A DNA stretch of 54,440 bases from NCBI GenBank assembly GCA_900551345.1, contig URVP01000001.1, forward strand, positions 1-54,440, given 5' to 3'. Positions 1-10,384 of this stretch are shown piece by piece. A program made the position numbers and the translations under genes. How positions within the stretch are numbered: the stretch's first letter is position 1; every line of letters begins with the position of its first letter. The stretch comes from an uncultured Eubacteriales bacterium. Lineage in GTDB: Bacteria > Bacillota > Clostridia > Monoglobales > UMGS1388. The notes under the pieces were generated by a model. The model ran no database searches. It had not been told where the DNA came from and was given only the letters and a program-made list of their open reading frames with translations.

Positions 1-212
1 TATAGTAGGGGAGGGATTATTTGGAGACATAAGTAACCAAATATAAATATAATGATAAAAGCGATAAAAGCAGGAATTTTTTTTAATTTTTTAAGTTTCA
101 TAAATGCATTGAATAGTATTTAATTACAATTGAAAATATAGTAATTACCCCCAAAACCAATACAATAAAGAATTTTTCTTTTTTATTTAATTAATAAAAC
201 GGAGTTGATTAT

Positions 213-1331
213 ATGAGATTTATATGTAATAAACCTGATCTTTCAGAAGCCGTAAATATAGTACAAAAAGCTGCCCTTTCAAATTCAACATCTCCTGTTC
301 TTATGGGAATTTTACTTGAAGCAAAAGGTGAATATCTTTCACTTACATGCAATAATTTAGAGATTGCAATATGCAGTAAAATACCGGCACAAATTGATAT
401 GGAAGGAGCAGTTGTAGTAAACTGCCGTCTTTTCAGCGATATTATAAGAAAAGTAGACGGAGATCTTGTGCATATTAATGTTAATGAAAATATGGTTGCA
501 AATATAGTTTGCGGCGGTTCCAATTATGATATATTAGGATTTAAAATAGATGAATTCCCCGTACTTCCCGTTGTAGATAAGAAAAGCTCTGTAAACATAA
601 CTAAAAAACAGATAAAAGAACTTATCAGATGTACAACTTTTGCAGCAGGATTAAGTGAGAATAAACTTATTCTTACCGGCTGCCTTGTGGAAATTAAAAA
701 CGGTGAAATATCAATGGTTGCCGTAGACGGTTACAGACTTGCTATAAGAACTTTAAAAATAGATTCGGATATAGAGGCTTCATTTATTGTGCCTGCAAAA
801 AGTCTTAACGAATTTTCTAAAATTATCGAGGATTCTGATGAAAATGTAGAAATCATCATTTCTGATAAAAATATTTGTTTCAGTTATGATGGAGTAAAGT
901 TCGTTTCACGCCTTCTTGAAGGTGAATATATACCTTACGAAAAAATTATTCCTACAGAATTTAAAACTATAGTTAAAGTAAGAAGCTCTGAATTTGAAAG
1001 AGCTGTTGAAAGAGCATCTCTTATTGTAACTAATGAAATTAATAAAGGACCTCTTGAAAGCCCTCTTATTATAGAGATTACTGAGGGAGGACTTGAAATG
1101 TCATGTGAAAATCAGCTTGGTAAATCAGAAGAAAGAATATTCCCAACCATAGACGGAGAAGCTCTTAGAATAGGTTTTAATCATAAATATCTTCTTGATG
1201 CGGTTAAAGTATGTCCTGAGGATGAATATTTTATAGGATTTGGTTCTCCTCAGTCACCTTGTTTAATTTATCCGGCAGACGGCAATAATGCTTTTAAGTA
1301 TATAGTTGTGCCGGTAAGACTGAGAGGATAG
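213..1331 (+). CDS. dnaN: DNA polymerase III beta subunit (sliding clamp)
   Basis: 372-aa ORF with GGAG 8 nt upstream of the ATG. Clamp-like length and sequence. Sits at the head of the conserved dnaN-yaaA-recF-gyrB-gyrA order. Confidence 0.95.
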   Translation: MRFICNKPDLSEAVNIVQKAALSNSTSPVLMGILLEAKGEYLSLTCNNLEIAICSKIPAQIDMEGAVVVNCRLFSDIIRKVDGDLVHINVNENMVANIVCGGSNYDILGFKIDEFPVLPVVDKKSSVNITKKQIKELIRCTTFAAGLSENKLILTGCLVEIKNGEISMVAVDGYRLAIRTLKIDSDIEASFIVPAKSLNEFSKIIEDSDENVEIIISDKNICFSYDGVKFVSRLLEGEYIPYEKIIPTEFKTIVKVRSSEFERAVERASLIVTNEINKGPLESPLIIEITEGGLEMSCENQLGKSEERIFPTIDGEALRIGFNHKYLLDAVKVCPEDEYFIGFGSPQSPCLIYPADGNNAFKYIVVPVRLRG

Positions 1332-1362
1332 TTTTAATAATTTCTTTTAAGGATTTGAAATT

Positions 1363-1569
1363 ATGCAGAATATTGAAATAACAACAGATTTTATAAAGCT
1401 TGACAGTTTTCTCAAATTAAGCGGTGATTTTTCTTCCGGAGCAGAGGCTAAATTTTATATTCTTGACGGAAATGTTTATGTTAACGGAGAAAAAGAACTT
1501 AGAAGAGGACGAAAATTGTATAAAGGTGATACTGTAAAAACTGAATTCGGAGAATACAATGTTTGTTGA
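1363..1569 (+). CDS. yaaA: S4-domain RNA-binding protein YaaA
   Basis: 68-aa ORF between dnaN and recF. S4-like C-terminal half (VNGEKELRRGRKLYKGD). Conserved position. Confidence 0.85.
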   Translation: MQNIEITTDFIKLDSFLKLSGDFSSGAEAKFYILDGNVYVNGEKELRRGRKLYKGDTVKTEFGEYNVC

Positions 1570-2659
1570 AAATGTAAAATTGATGAATTTCAGAAATTAT
1601 GAATACGGAAATGTGTCTTTTGAAAAAGGTGCTAATTTTATTTACGGCAGCAATGCATCAGGAAAGACTAATGTTATAGAATCAATATATCTTGCTGCAA
1701 CCACAAAGTCACACAGATTATCAAAAGATAAAGAAATAATAATGTATGACAAAGATAACGCTAAAATTTCCGTATCTTTTTGTTCAGCAAACAGACATAA
1801 CAGAAGTGATATAATACTTAATCATAATAAAAAAAAACAATTGTTTAAAAACGGAGTACCGGTTGCAAAATCCAGTGATATGATGGGTTTTTTAAATGTA
1901 GTATTGTTCAGTCCTGATGATTTAAGATTGATAAAAGGATCACCAAGAGAAAGACGAAGAATGATTGATATTGGTATATGTCAGTTAAAGACAATATATT
2001 TTAATGCTCTTATTAATTATAATCATATTCTTGAACAAAAAAACAATCTTTTAAAAACCAATCCTAATTCTGATCATATATGGATATGGAACAGTAAACT
2101 GTGTGAATACGGAGGGCTCATATCTTATATAAGACAGAGTTATATAAAAAATATTAATTATTATGCACAGCTTTATCATAGTACCATATGCAAAGAAAAA
2201 TTAAGAATTATTTATAAATCCGGAATAGGTATGCTTGAAGAAACAGATATATCTCAAAAGCAATATTGTGAGATTATGGAAAATGAGATAGAAAAAAATA
2301 AAGAAAAAGAAATAAAAAACAGATTAAGTTTAATAGGACCTCACAGGGATGATTTTACGGCATATCTTGATGATAAAGAAGCTAAAATATATGGTTCACA
2401 AGGTCAGCAAAGAACAATTTCAATATGCCTTAAATTGGCAGAAGTTGATATTATAAAAAAAGAAAAGAAAGAATCTCCGGTGCTTTTACTTGATGATGCT
2501 TTAGGAGAACTTGATACAAAAAGGCAAAAATTTGTATTGAAAAACTTTGATAATATACAGACCATTATAACCGGAACAGAAAAGAAGGAAATTGAAAATA
2601 TAAAAAATGTTAATTTAATTAAGGTTGAGGATATACATGTACATTCATTTAGGCAGTGA
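1559..2659 (+). CDS. recF: DNA replication/repair protein RecF
   Basis: 366 aa. Walker A GSNASGKTN, ABC signature GSQGQQR, Walker B LLLDD. Conserved position. Confidence 0.93.
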   Translation: MFVENVKLMNFRNYEYGNVSFEKGANFIYGSNASGKTNVIESIYLAATTKSHRLSKDKEIIMYDKDNAKISVSFCSANRHNRSDIILNHNKKKQLFKNGVPVAKSSDMMGFLNVVLFSPDDLRLIKGSPRERRRMIDIGICQLKTIYFNALINYNHILEQKNNLLKTNPNSDHIWIWNSKLCEYGGLISYIRQSYIKNINYYAQLYHSTICKEKLRIIYKSGIGMLEETDISQKQYCEIMENEIEKNKEKEIKNRLSLIGPHRDDFTAYLDDKEAKIYGSQGQQRTISICLKLAEVDIIKKEKKESPVLLLDDALGELDTKRQKFVLKNFDNIQTIITGTEKKEIENIKNVNLIKVEDIHVHSFRQ

Positions 2660-2909
2660 CTGCAGTGTACGCAGCAAAAATATAATATCAATACTTGATT
2701 TGGATAATGTTACCGTATCAAAAACAACAAGAGAATTTTTTAAAATAGCTGAAGAAGAAGGATTTATAGAATTGGTAACAGACGATATTCCAAAATCTGC
2801 GGTTATTTGTGAAATAGATAATAAAAGTAAAATTTATCTTTGTCCGGTGGCATCATCGACTATCAGAAAGAGAATATCCGAAGGAATTAGTACGGATATT
2901 TTAATATAA
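2637..2909 (+). CDS. DUF370 (YaaB/RemB-like) small protein
   Basis: ORF between recF and gyrB. MYIHLG..ISILDLD is typical of DUF370. The ATG at 2637 has GAGG 6 nt upstream; the track start at 2625 is a TTG. Confidence 0.75.
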   Translation: MYIHLGSDCSVRSKNIISILDLDNVTVSKTTREFFKIAEEEGFIELVTDDIPKSAVICEIDNKSKIYLCPVASSTIRKRISEGISTDILI

Positions 2910-2980
2910 AAGTATTCAATATTTTTTTAAAATTGAGCTTTTCATTTAAGAATTAAGCAGTAAAGAAAGGCGGATATGCA

Positions 2981-4918
2981 ATGAGTGAAAATACACAGCA
3001 TTATAATGAAAAAGATATAGAAGTGCTTGAAGGACTTGAAGCAGTAAGAAAAAGACCTGGTATGTACATTGGTTCAACTTCTGTAAGAGGTCTTCATCAC
3101 CTTGTTTATGAAATAGTGGATAACTCTATAGATGAAGCCTTGGCAGGTTATTGTGACAGAATAGAAGTTACGCTTAATAAAGATAATTCAGTTACGGTAA
3201 GAGATAACGGAAGAGGTATACCTCACGGAATTCATCCGAAAATGGGAATATCTACAATAGATGTAGTATTTACCGTTCTTCATGCAGGTGGTAAATTCGG
3301 AGGCGGCGGATATAAGGTATCCGGCGGACTTCACGGTGTAGGTGCATCTGTAGTTAATGCTCTTTCGACAAAGCTTGAAGTAAAAGTATGTGACGGAAAA
3401 AATATATGGTTCCAAAGTTATAAAAGAGGTGTTCCGGACGGAGAAGTACATGTTATAGGAGAAACAAGTACTACAGGTTCAGAAGTAACTTTTTGGGCTG
3501 ACGGAGAAATATTTGAAGAAACTGTATATGAATATAATACTCTTCTTAAAAGACTCAGAGAACAGGCGTTTTTAAACGGTGGAATAAAGATAATATTTAC
3601 CGATTTAAGAGGTGAGCAGGAAGTTAAAGAGGTACTCCATTATGACGGAGGTATAAAAAACTTTGTTTCCTATTTGTTTAATGAGAAAAAACAAAAGAAG
3701 TCAAATATTGAAGCAATACAAGATGAAGTAATTTATGTATGCGGTGAAAAAAACGGAAGTATGGCAGAAGTTGCCATTCAGTGGAATACGGGTTATGATG
3801 AAACTATAGAATCTTTTGCAAATAATATTTCCACAACTGAAGGCGGAACTCATGAAACAGGATTTAAATCTGCCCTTACAAGAGTTCTTTTGGAATATGC
3901 AAAAAAATATAAGCTTATGAAGGACGACGAAGAACTTACAGGCGAAGATGCAAGAGAAGGTATTATAGCTGTAATTTCTGTAAAGCTTGAAGAACCTCAG
4001 TTTGAAGGACAGACAAAAACTAAATTAGGCAATTCTGAAATGAGAGGTCTTGTGGAAAATATAGTAAAAGAAAAATTATCATATTTTCTTGAAGAAAACC
4101 CCAATGTGGGAAAATCAATTATAGAAAAAGCTCTTATGGCATCAAGAGCAAGAATTGCTGCCAGAAAAGCAAGAGAAGCGACAAGAAAAACACCTCTTGG
4201 TACAAATTCATTGCCGGGTAAATTACATGATTGTATAGTTAAGGATCCTACAAAGACCGAAATATACATAGTAGAGGGTGATTCGGCAGGAGGTTCGGCT
4301 AAGAACGGACGAGACAGTAAATATCAGGCTATACTTCCTCTTTGGGGAAAAATGCTTAATGTGGAAAAAGCCCGTGTTGATAAAGTATACGGTAATGATA
4401 AACTTACTCCTGTTATACAGGCTTTGGGAACAGGAATAGGAGAAGAATTTAATATTGAAAAATTAAGATACGATAAAATCATTATTATGGCAGATGCCGA
4501 TGTGGACGGAGCTCATATACAGACTCTTCTTCTTACATTTTTCTTTAGATTTATGAAACCACTTGTAGAAGCAGGTCACATATATCTTGCAAAACCGCCG
4601 CTTTATAAACTCACAAGAGGTAAAAAAAGTCAGGTTGCTTTCAGTGATGAAGAAAGAGACAGAATAAGCGAACAATTTAAAGACGGAGATATAAATGCAA
4701 AAGTAGATATAAGTCGATATAAAGGTCTTGGTGAAATGAACCCTGAAGAATTGTGGGAGACAACAATGGATCCAAAGAATAGAATTCTTCTCAGAGTAAC
4801 GCTTGATGATGCAGAAAAGGCAGATGAGATTTTTAGAGTTCTTATGGGAGATGAAGTAGAACCAAGAAGACTTTTCATAGAAGAAAATGCTCAGTATGCG
4901 ACAAATCTTGATGTTTGA
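2981..4918 (+). CDS. gyrB: DNA gyrase subunit B
   Basis: 645 aa. GHKL ATPase N-terminus ([16 protein letters not shown]), Toprim EGDSAGG, PLxGK motifs. Confidence 0.97.
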   Translation: MSENTQHYNEKDIEVLEGLEAVRKRPGMYIGSTSVRGLHHLVYEIVDNSIDEALAGYCDRIEVTLNKDNSVTVRDNGRGIPHGIHPKMGISTIDVVFTVLHAGGKFGGGGYKVSGGLHGVGASVVNALSTKLEVKVCDGKNIWFQSYKRGVPDGEVHVIGETSTTGSEVTFWADGEIFEETVYEYNTLLKRLREQAFLNGGIKIIFTDLRGEQEVKEVLHYDGGIKNFVSYLFNEKKQKKSNIEAIQDEVIYVCGEKNGSMAEVAIQWNTGYDETIESFANNISTTEGGTHETGFKSALTRVLLEYAKKYKLMKDDEELTGEDAREGIIAVISVKLEEPQFEGQTKTKLGNSEMRGLVENIVKEKLSYFLEENPNVGKSIIEKALMASRARIAARKAREATRKTPLGTNSLPGKLHDCIVKDPTKTEIYIVEGDSAGGSAKNGRDSKYQAILPLWGKMLNVEKARVDKVYGNDKLTPVIQALGTGIGEEFNIEKLRYDKIIIMADADVDGAHIQTLLLTFFFRFMKPLVEAGHIYLAKPPLYKLTRGKKSQVAFSDEERDRISEQFKDGDINAKVDISRYKGLGEMNPEELWETTMDPKNRILLRVTLDDAEKADEIFRVLMGDEVEPRRLFIEENAQYATNLDV

Positions 4919-4955
4919 TAAAAGCCTTATCAACTTATAAAACGGAGGCAAAAAG

Positions 4956-7496
4956 ATGGCTAAAAATAAAAAATATGAGGATTCTCATTTTGAAGAATAC
5001 TTAGATACTCAAACAATTTTAAATATAGATATAGAAAAAAGAATGAAAGAGGCTTTTATTGATTATGCCATGAGCGTTATTATAAGCCGTGCTCTTCCGG
5101 ATGTAAGAGACGGTCTTAAGCCTGTTCATAGAAGAATTCTTTATTCTATGTATGAAGAACATCTTACCGTAGACAAACCATTTTTTAAATCTGCTACTAC
5201 GGTAGGTAATGTTATCGGTAGATACCATCCTCATGGAGATGCATCAGTATATGATGCAATGGTAAGACTTGCACAGGATTTTTCTATGAGATATCCTCTT
5301 ATAGACGGACATGGTAACTTTGGTTCGGTTGACGGAGATCCCCCTGCAGCATACCGTTATACAGAAGCAAGAATGAGCAAACTTGCAAATGCAATGCTCG
5401 AAAATATCGATAAAAATACAGTAGATTTTATGCCTAACTTCGATGAAAAAAGAAGAGAACCCGTAGTTTTACCTACAAGAATACCAACTCTTCTTATAAA
5501 CGGAAGTTCCGGTATAGCTGTAGGTATGGCTACAAATATACCGCCGCATAATCTTACGGAAGTTTTAAACGGTGTTATCGCACAGATTGATAATCCGGAA
5601 ATAACTGTTGAAGAACTTATGGACTATATTAAAGGTCCTGATTTCCCCACTAAAGCATCTATTTTAGGAAGAAGCGGTATTAGAAGTGCATATAATACCG
5701 GCCGTGGAAGAATAGTAATAAGAGCTAAAACGGAAATTGAAGAGCATAAAGACGGAACAGCTTCAATTATTGTAACTGAACTTCCATATCAGGTTAACAA
5801 AAAAATGCTGGTTGAGTCTATTGCAAATATGGTTAAAGAGAAAAAAATAGAAGGTCTTTCAGATATAGATGACCATTCTTCTGACCGTGTAGGCATAAGA
5901 CTTGAAATATTTTTAAAGAGAGATGCCAATCCTCAGGTAGTATTAAATCAGCTTTTCAAATATACAAGACTTCAGGATAGTTTTTCTATAAACATGCTGG
6001 CAATTAAAGATGGAAAGCCTAAGACTATGGGTCTTAAGGAAATACTTGAGCATTTTATAAAATTCCAGGAAGAAATTGTTACACGCCGTACAAAATATGA
6101 TCTTGAAAAAGCAGAAGCAAGAATGCATATTTTGGAAGGTTTAAGAATCGCTCTTGATAATATCGATGAAATTATTAATATCATAAGAAATTCCTATGAC
6201 GACGCTAAAGAAAAACTTATGGCACGCTTTGATATGTCAGAGATACAGGCACAGAGTGTTCTTGATATGAGACTGGGACAACTTCAGAAATTAAATGGAG
6301 AAAAGATAGAAAACGAATATCAGGAACTTTTACAAAAGGCTGAAGAGTACAGAGAACTTCTTTCTGATCATGATAAGCTTATGGAACAAATAAAGAAAGA
6401 GCTTGCTGAAATTCGTGATAAATACGGAGATGAAAGATCAACAGAAATAACAGCTGCTGTAGATGATATAGACATTGAAGATTTAATTGAAGATGAAGAA
6501 TGTGTTGTTACCATAACCAATTTCGGATATGTAAAGAGAATGCCTACTGATACATATCGTTCACAGAATAGAGGCGGACGAGGTATTACCGGTCTGCAAA
6601 CCAGAGAAGAAGATTTTGTTAAAGACATGTTCAGTTGCAGAAGTATAAGTCATCTTATGTTCTTTACCGATAAAGGCCGTGTTTATCGTCTTAAAGCTTA
6701 TCAGATACCAGAAGCTGGAAGACAGGCTAAAGGTACAGCAGTGGTTAATATTCTGCCTATTGAAACAGGAGAGAAGATAACCGCAGTTATAACTCTTGAC
6801 AGTTTTGATGAAAATAAATATCTTCTTATGCTTACACGAAACGGAACAATAAAGAAAACACCTCTGTCAGAATATGATACTGCAAGAAAAGGCGGTATAA
6901 GGGCTATAGACTTGGTTGAAGGTGATGAACTTATTAAAGTTATGGTTACTGATGGAGAAAATGATGTTATCATCGGAAGTCATAACGGACAGGCTATACG
7001 CTTTAATGAAAAAGATGTTCGCCCCATGGGTAGGGTTTCAAGAGGTGTCAGAGGTATAAGACTTGAAGATGATGACTATGTAATAGGCATGGGTACAGTT
7101 GAAGAAGACAGTACACTTCTTATAGTAAGCGAAAAAGGTTATGGAAAGAGAACAGATTTTGATGAATATCGTGTTCAGACCAGAGGTGGTAAGGGTGTAT
7201 CCACTTACAAAATTTCAGATGTAACGGGCTGTCCTGTTGCACTTGCTTCTGTTAAAGAAAATAATGATATAATGCTGATAGCTTCAGACAGTGTTATTAT
7301 TCGTATGGATACTCAGGCTATAAGCAAGTTTGGAAGAGTAACAAAAGGTGTAAGACTTATGAGGCTTGAAGACGGTGTTACCATTGTTGGATCAGCACTT
7401 GTAGAAAAAAATGAGGAATCCGAAAGTGAAGAGACTGAAGAAAACAATATAAATACTAAAGTAAATGAGGAGGTTGTTGAAGGTGGCAACGAATAA
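4956..7496 (+). CDS. gyrA: DNA gyrase subunit A
   Basis: 846 aa. ALPDVRDGLKPVHRR, the active-site region AAYRYTEARM, and beta-pinwheel repeats in the C-terminal domain. Acidic tail. Confidence 0.97.
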   Translation: MAKNKKYEDSHFEEYLDTQTILNIDIEKRMKEAFIDYAMSVIISRALPDVRDGLKPVHRRILYSMYEEHLTVDKPFFKSATTVGNVIGRYHPHGDASVYDAMVRLAQDFSMRYPLIDGHGNFGSVDGDPPAAYRYTEARMSKLANAMLENIDKNTVDFMPNFDEKRREPVVLPTRIPTLLINGSSGIAVGMATNIPPHNLTEVLNGVIAQIDNPEITVEELMDYIKGPDFPTKASILGRSGIRSAYNTGRGRIVIRAKTEIEEHKDGTASIIVTELPYQVNKKMLVESIANMVKEKKIEGLSDIDDHSSDRVGIRLEIFLKRDANPQVVLNQLFKYTRLQDSFSINMLAIKDGKPKTMGLKEILEHFIKFQEEIVTRRTKYDLEKAEARMHILEGLRIALDNIDEIINIIRNSYDDAKEKLMARFDMSEIQAQSVLDMRLGQLQKLNGEKIENEYQELLQKAEEYRELLSDHDKLMEQIKKELAEIRDKYGDERSTEITAAVDDIDIEDLIEDEECVVTITNFGYVKRMPTDTYRSQNRGGRGITGLQTREEDFVKDMFSCRSISHLMFFTDKGRVYRLKAYQIPEAGRQAKGTAVVNILPIETGEKITAVITLDSFDENKYLLMLTRNGTIKKTPLSEYDTARKGGIRAIDLVEGDELIKVMVTDGENDVIIGSHNGQAIRFNEKDVRPMGRVSRGVRGIRLEDDDYVIGMGTVEEDSTLLIVSEKGYGKRTDFDEYRVQTRGGKGVSTYKISDVTGCPVALASVKENNDIMLIASDSVIIRMDTQAISKFGRVTKGVRLMRLEDGVTIVGSALVEKNEESESEETEENNINTKVNEEVVEGGNE

Positions 7497-8184
7497 GTTT
7501 TCAGTTTATACTGAAAGAGATTTATTAACAATAGTAGACGGATTGTCAAATGAGACTTTGAAATTTACAATTCCGGAACTTAAAGAATTACAGTCAGAGC
7601 TAATAAACAGGAGAATTGACGGTCAGCAAGTAAGTACAGTAAGTAATATTATTATGAAACAGATGTCCGAAGCTCCGGAAAAAACCGAAGATAAGAAAAA
7701 GTATACAAAAAGAGGCGCTGCACTTGAACAGGCTGAAAAGGAAAATATCTTTTTAAAAGAACCTGAACAGGAAAAAACAACCGAAGAAGTACAAGCATCT
7801 GTAAAATTAACTGACAAAGAAGAAAAACAGCCGGAAAATAAAAAGAAAGAAAACAAAAAAGAAAAATTCGCGTATATTGAAGAAGAAGAGTACGACGATT
7901 ATTATGACGAAGAAGACGAAAGATTCCCTATTTTAGGTTTCCTTACTGCTTTTTATAAGATAGTAGGTTGGTTGGGAGTAATAGCCATAATCGGAGGCGG
8001 AGTTATCTTCTCCGTTATGAATGAACTGACAAGAGCCCTTACGATTTTAATTACAGCAGGCTGTATTGTACTTGCTGCAGTATTTATTCTTCTTATGTCT
8101 GCAAAAGCTGAAAAAATTGCCCTTGATCTTGAAAAAGAAAAGCATCTTAGAAGAATAAGGGACTTACTTAGAAATAATGATTAA
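7483..8184 (+). CDS. hypothetical membrane protein with a Lys/Glu-rich linker and 2 C-terminal TM helices
   Basis: ORF overlaps the gyrA 3' end. The GTG at 7483 follows GAGGAGG (7466-7472); the track start is the ATG at 7465. No family recognised. Confidence 0.6.
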   Translation: MATNKFSVYTERDLLTIVDGLSNETLKFTIPELKELQSELINRRIDGQQVSTVSNIIMKQMSEAPEKTEDKKKYTKRGAALEQAEKENIFLKEPEQEKTTEEVQASVKLTDKEEKQPENKKKENKKEKFAYIEEEEYDDYYDEEDERFPILGFLTAFYKIVGWLGVIAIIGGGVIFSVMNELTRALTILITAGCIVLAAVFILLMSAKAEKIALDLEKEKHLRRIRDLLRNND

Positions 8185-10252
8185 GAAGATACTTGCAGCG
8201 TGTGTATTAATTTTTTTGTTCTTGGGTTATACATTCGTATATGCACAGGATTCTATTGCCCAGCAGGTAAAAAGTAAAATAGATATACCTAGTAATTATA
8301 TTATATTTGACAGTTCTAAAACAGATGGAAATATAAGTAAATTATGGTGGAGATCTGAAGATGGAGCTGAAAATGGCGGCGAAATATCCGTTACAGCGGA
8401 TGAAAATGGAAATATACTAAGTTATTATCATTTTAAAAATGATTACATAAGCAAAGATGAGGGAGCTCATTTTTCAGTTTATAATAAGAGTGACTCCCGT
8501 TTCTTTGCACTGCGTTTTATAGAAAAAGTCTGCCCAGAGCTTGCTGAAAAGGTAGAATATAACAGCAGATCTTTGGAATCAGATATATCTAAAAACTTAA
8601 AAACTGCGTCAGTTTCTTTTTATAGAGTCGAAAATGGAATCCCGTATTATGAAAATTATATGGATTTTATAATTGATCTTAATACTTCTGAAGTAATTCA
8701 ATATACTTTAAATTGGGATTTTGATGCTGTATTTCCTCCTGTTGATGATCTTATTACCCAACAGGCAGCGTTGCGTCAGTACAATTCAAAGATAGGAATA
8801 TGGTTAAGATACAGATTAAAAACAGAAAACGGAATAAATAAGGCGTATCTTGTATATGTTCCCCAGGATGATGCTCTCGTAATAGATGCATATACCGGAA
8901 AGGCTGCTTTTTCTGAATCATTAAATTCGGATACGGGATATTTTGAAGATACCTCTTTTAGTAATTATGAGAGCGGCTCATTTACAGAAGAGGAAATAGC
9001 TGCTCTATCTTCGTCTGAAAACTTTATGTCGGTAAGCGAAGCGGAAAGTTATGCAAGAAGTATAACAGAAAGCGGTATAACTGAGGATTATACCTTGACA
9101 CTTTCCTCTTATGCAAAAATCAATGACAGATATTGTATAAATTTAGAATTCTCACGAATACCGACACAAGATTTTGAAGAAATGACAGAAGAAGAAAAGC
9201 TTATGTATTTATCGGGAGATTACAGCTATGTTAGGCTTAAGATAGATATGTACACAAGAGATATAATATCCATGAGCTGTTATAATAAAGAAGCTAAAAT
9301 AAGAGAAACACCGATTTCTGATACGGCGGCAAAATGGTTTTCGGATAATTTTATAATGAATTATCTTCCTTCAAAGTATTCCAATTGTGTGTATGATGAA
9401 AATAAGTTTTCAAATACAGACGGAATTTGTAAGTTTGTATATACCTGTTATATTGGAAATATTCCGCTTGAAGGAAGCAATATAACTGTTGAATATGATT
9501 GCAATAAGGGCATTTTTGTTTCATTAACATGTGTTTGGTATTATGATGTGGAATTTGAAAGTGCAGCAGAGCTTCTTTCAGAGACTAAGGCAAATGAAAT
9601 TTTCTTTACAAAGGTACCTTTGCAGCTTACTTATATTTCTTCAATGAGCGGTATAAAACCCGTTTATGCTTTATATCCGTTTTATCCTGCGGCAATTGGT
9701 GGTGTAGACGGAATACTCAAAAATAAGGACGGTACTGATTTTAAAATAAAAAGATATGCAGAATATGTAGATATAGAGGGTCATTATGCACAAGGCATGA
9801 TAATGAGATTAAACAATAATCTTATTATAACCAGTGACAGTGACAGCTATTTTTGCCCGGACAGCAATATATCTCAAAAAGATTTTCTTAACTGGATAAA
9901 TACTGCTCTTACCGGAACATCTTATGAAAACACAGAAGAGCTTTATAAATATCTTACGGCAAATTATATAGTTTTAAATGAAGAGATAAGTCCCGAAGCA
10001 GAAATTTTAAAAGAAGACGCTATTGTCTTTTTTATAAGAGCTTTGGGATATGACAGCATTGCACAGGCTGAGGATATATATAAGCTTAATTTTTCAGATA
10101 CCAGTATAATTTCTCCTGAAAAAATCGGATATATTGCCTTGGCAAAGGGAATAGGCATGATAAGCGGAGACGAAAACAATCGCATAAACCCTAAAACTCC
10201 TCTTACCAGAGCCGACGCTTGCTGTATGATTTATAAATACCTGGCAAGATAA
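8177..10252 (+). CDS. secreted wall-associated protein with PepSY-like repeats and C-terminal SLH-like modules
   Basis: 691 aa. Signal peptide MIKKILAACVLIFLFLGYTFVYAQ. SLH-like segments near the C-terminus (..INPKTPLTRADACCMIYKYL). Confidence 0.7.
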   Translation: MIKKILAACVLIFLFLGYTFVYAQDSIAQQVKSKIDIPSNYIIFDSSKTDGNISKLWWRSEDGAENGGEISVTADENGNILSYYHFKNDYISKDEGAHFSVYNKSDSRFFALRFIEKVCPELAEKVEYNSRSLESDISKNLKTASVSFYRVENGIPYYENYMDFIIDLNTSEVIQYTLNWDFDAVFPPVDDLITQQAALRQYNSKIGIWLRYRLKTENGINKAYLVYVPQDDALVIDAYTGKAAFSESLNSDTGYFEDTSFSNYESGSFTEEEIAALSSSENFMSVSEAESYARSITESGITEDYTLTLSSYAKINDRYCINLEFSRIPTQDFEEMTEEEKLMYLSGDYSYVRLKIDMYTRDIISMSCYNKEAKIRETPISDTAAKWFSDNFIMNYLPSKYSNCVYDENKFSNTDGICKFVYTCYIGNIPLEGSNITVEYDCNKGIFVSLTCVWYYDVEFESAAELLSETKANEIFFTKVPLQLTYISSMSGIKPVYALYPFYPAAIGGVDGILKNKDGTDFKIKRYAEYVDIEGHYAQGMIMRLNNNLIITSDSDSYFCPDSNISQKDFLNWINTALTGTSYENTEELYKYLTANYIVLNEEISPEAEILKEDAIVFFIRALGYDSIAQAEDIYKLNFSDTSIISPEKIGYIALAKGIGMISGDENNRINPKTPLTRADACCMIYKYLAR

Positions 10253-10272
10253 CAAATTTTATATTTATATAC

Positions 10273-10310
10273 AAAAAGATACTGCCTGAAAAGACAGTAT
10301 CTTTTTTGTT
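10273..10310. terminator. bidirectional rho-independent terminator between convergent genes
   Basis: AAAAGATACTG / CAGTATCTTTT stem flanked by an A-run and a T-run. Confidence 0.8.
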
Positions 10311-10384
10311 TTTTCAATTATAACAGTTGTTTTATTATATTAACATATATCTTAAATAATGAATATGTTGGCAGGATACACCTT

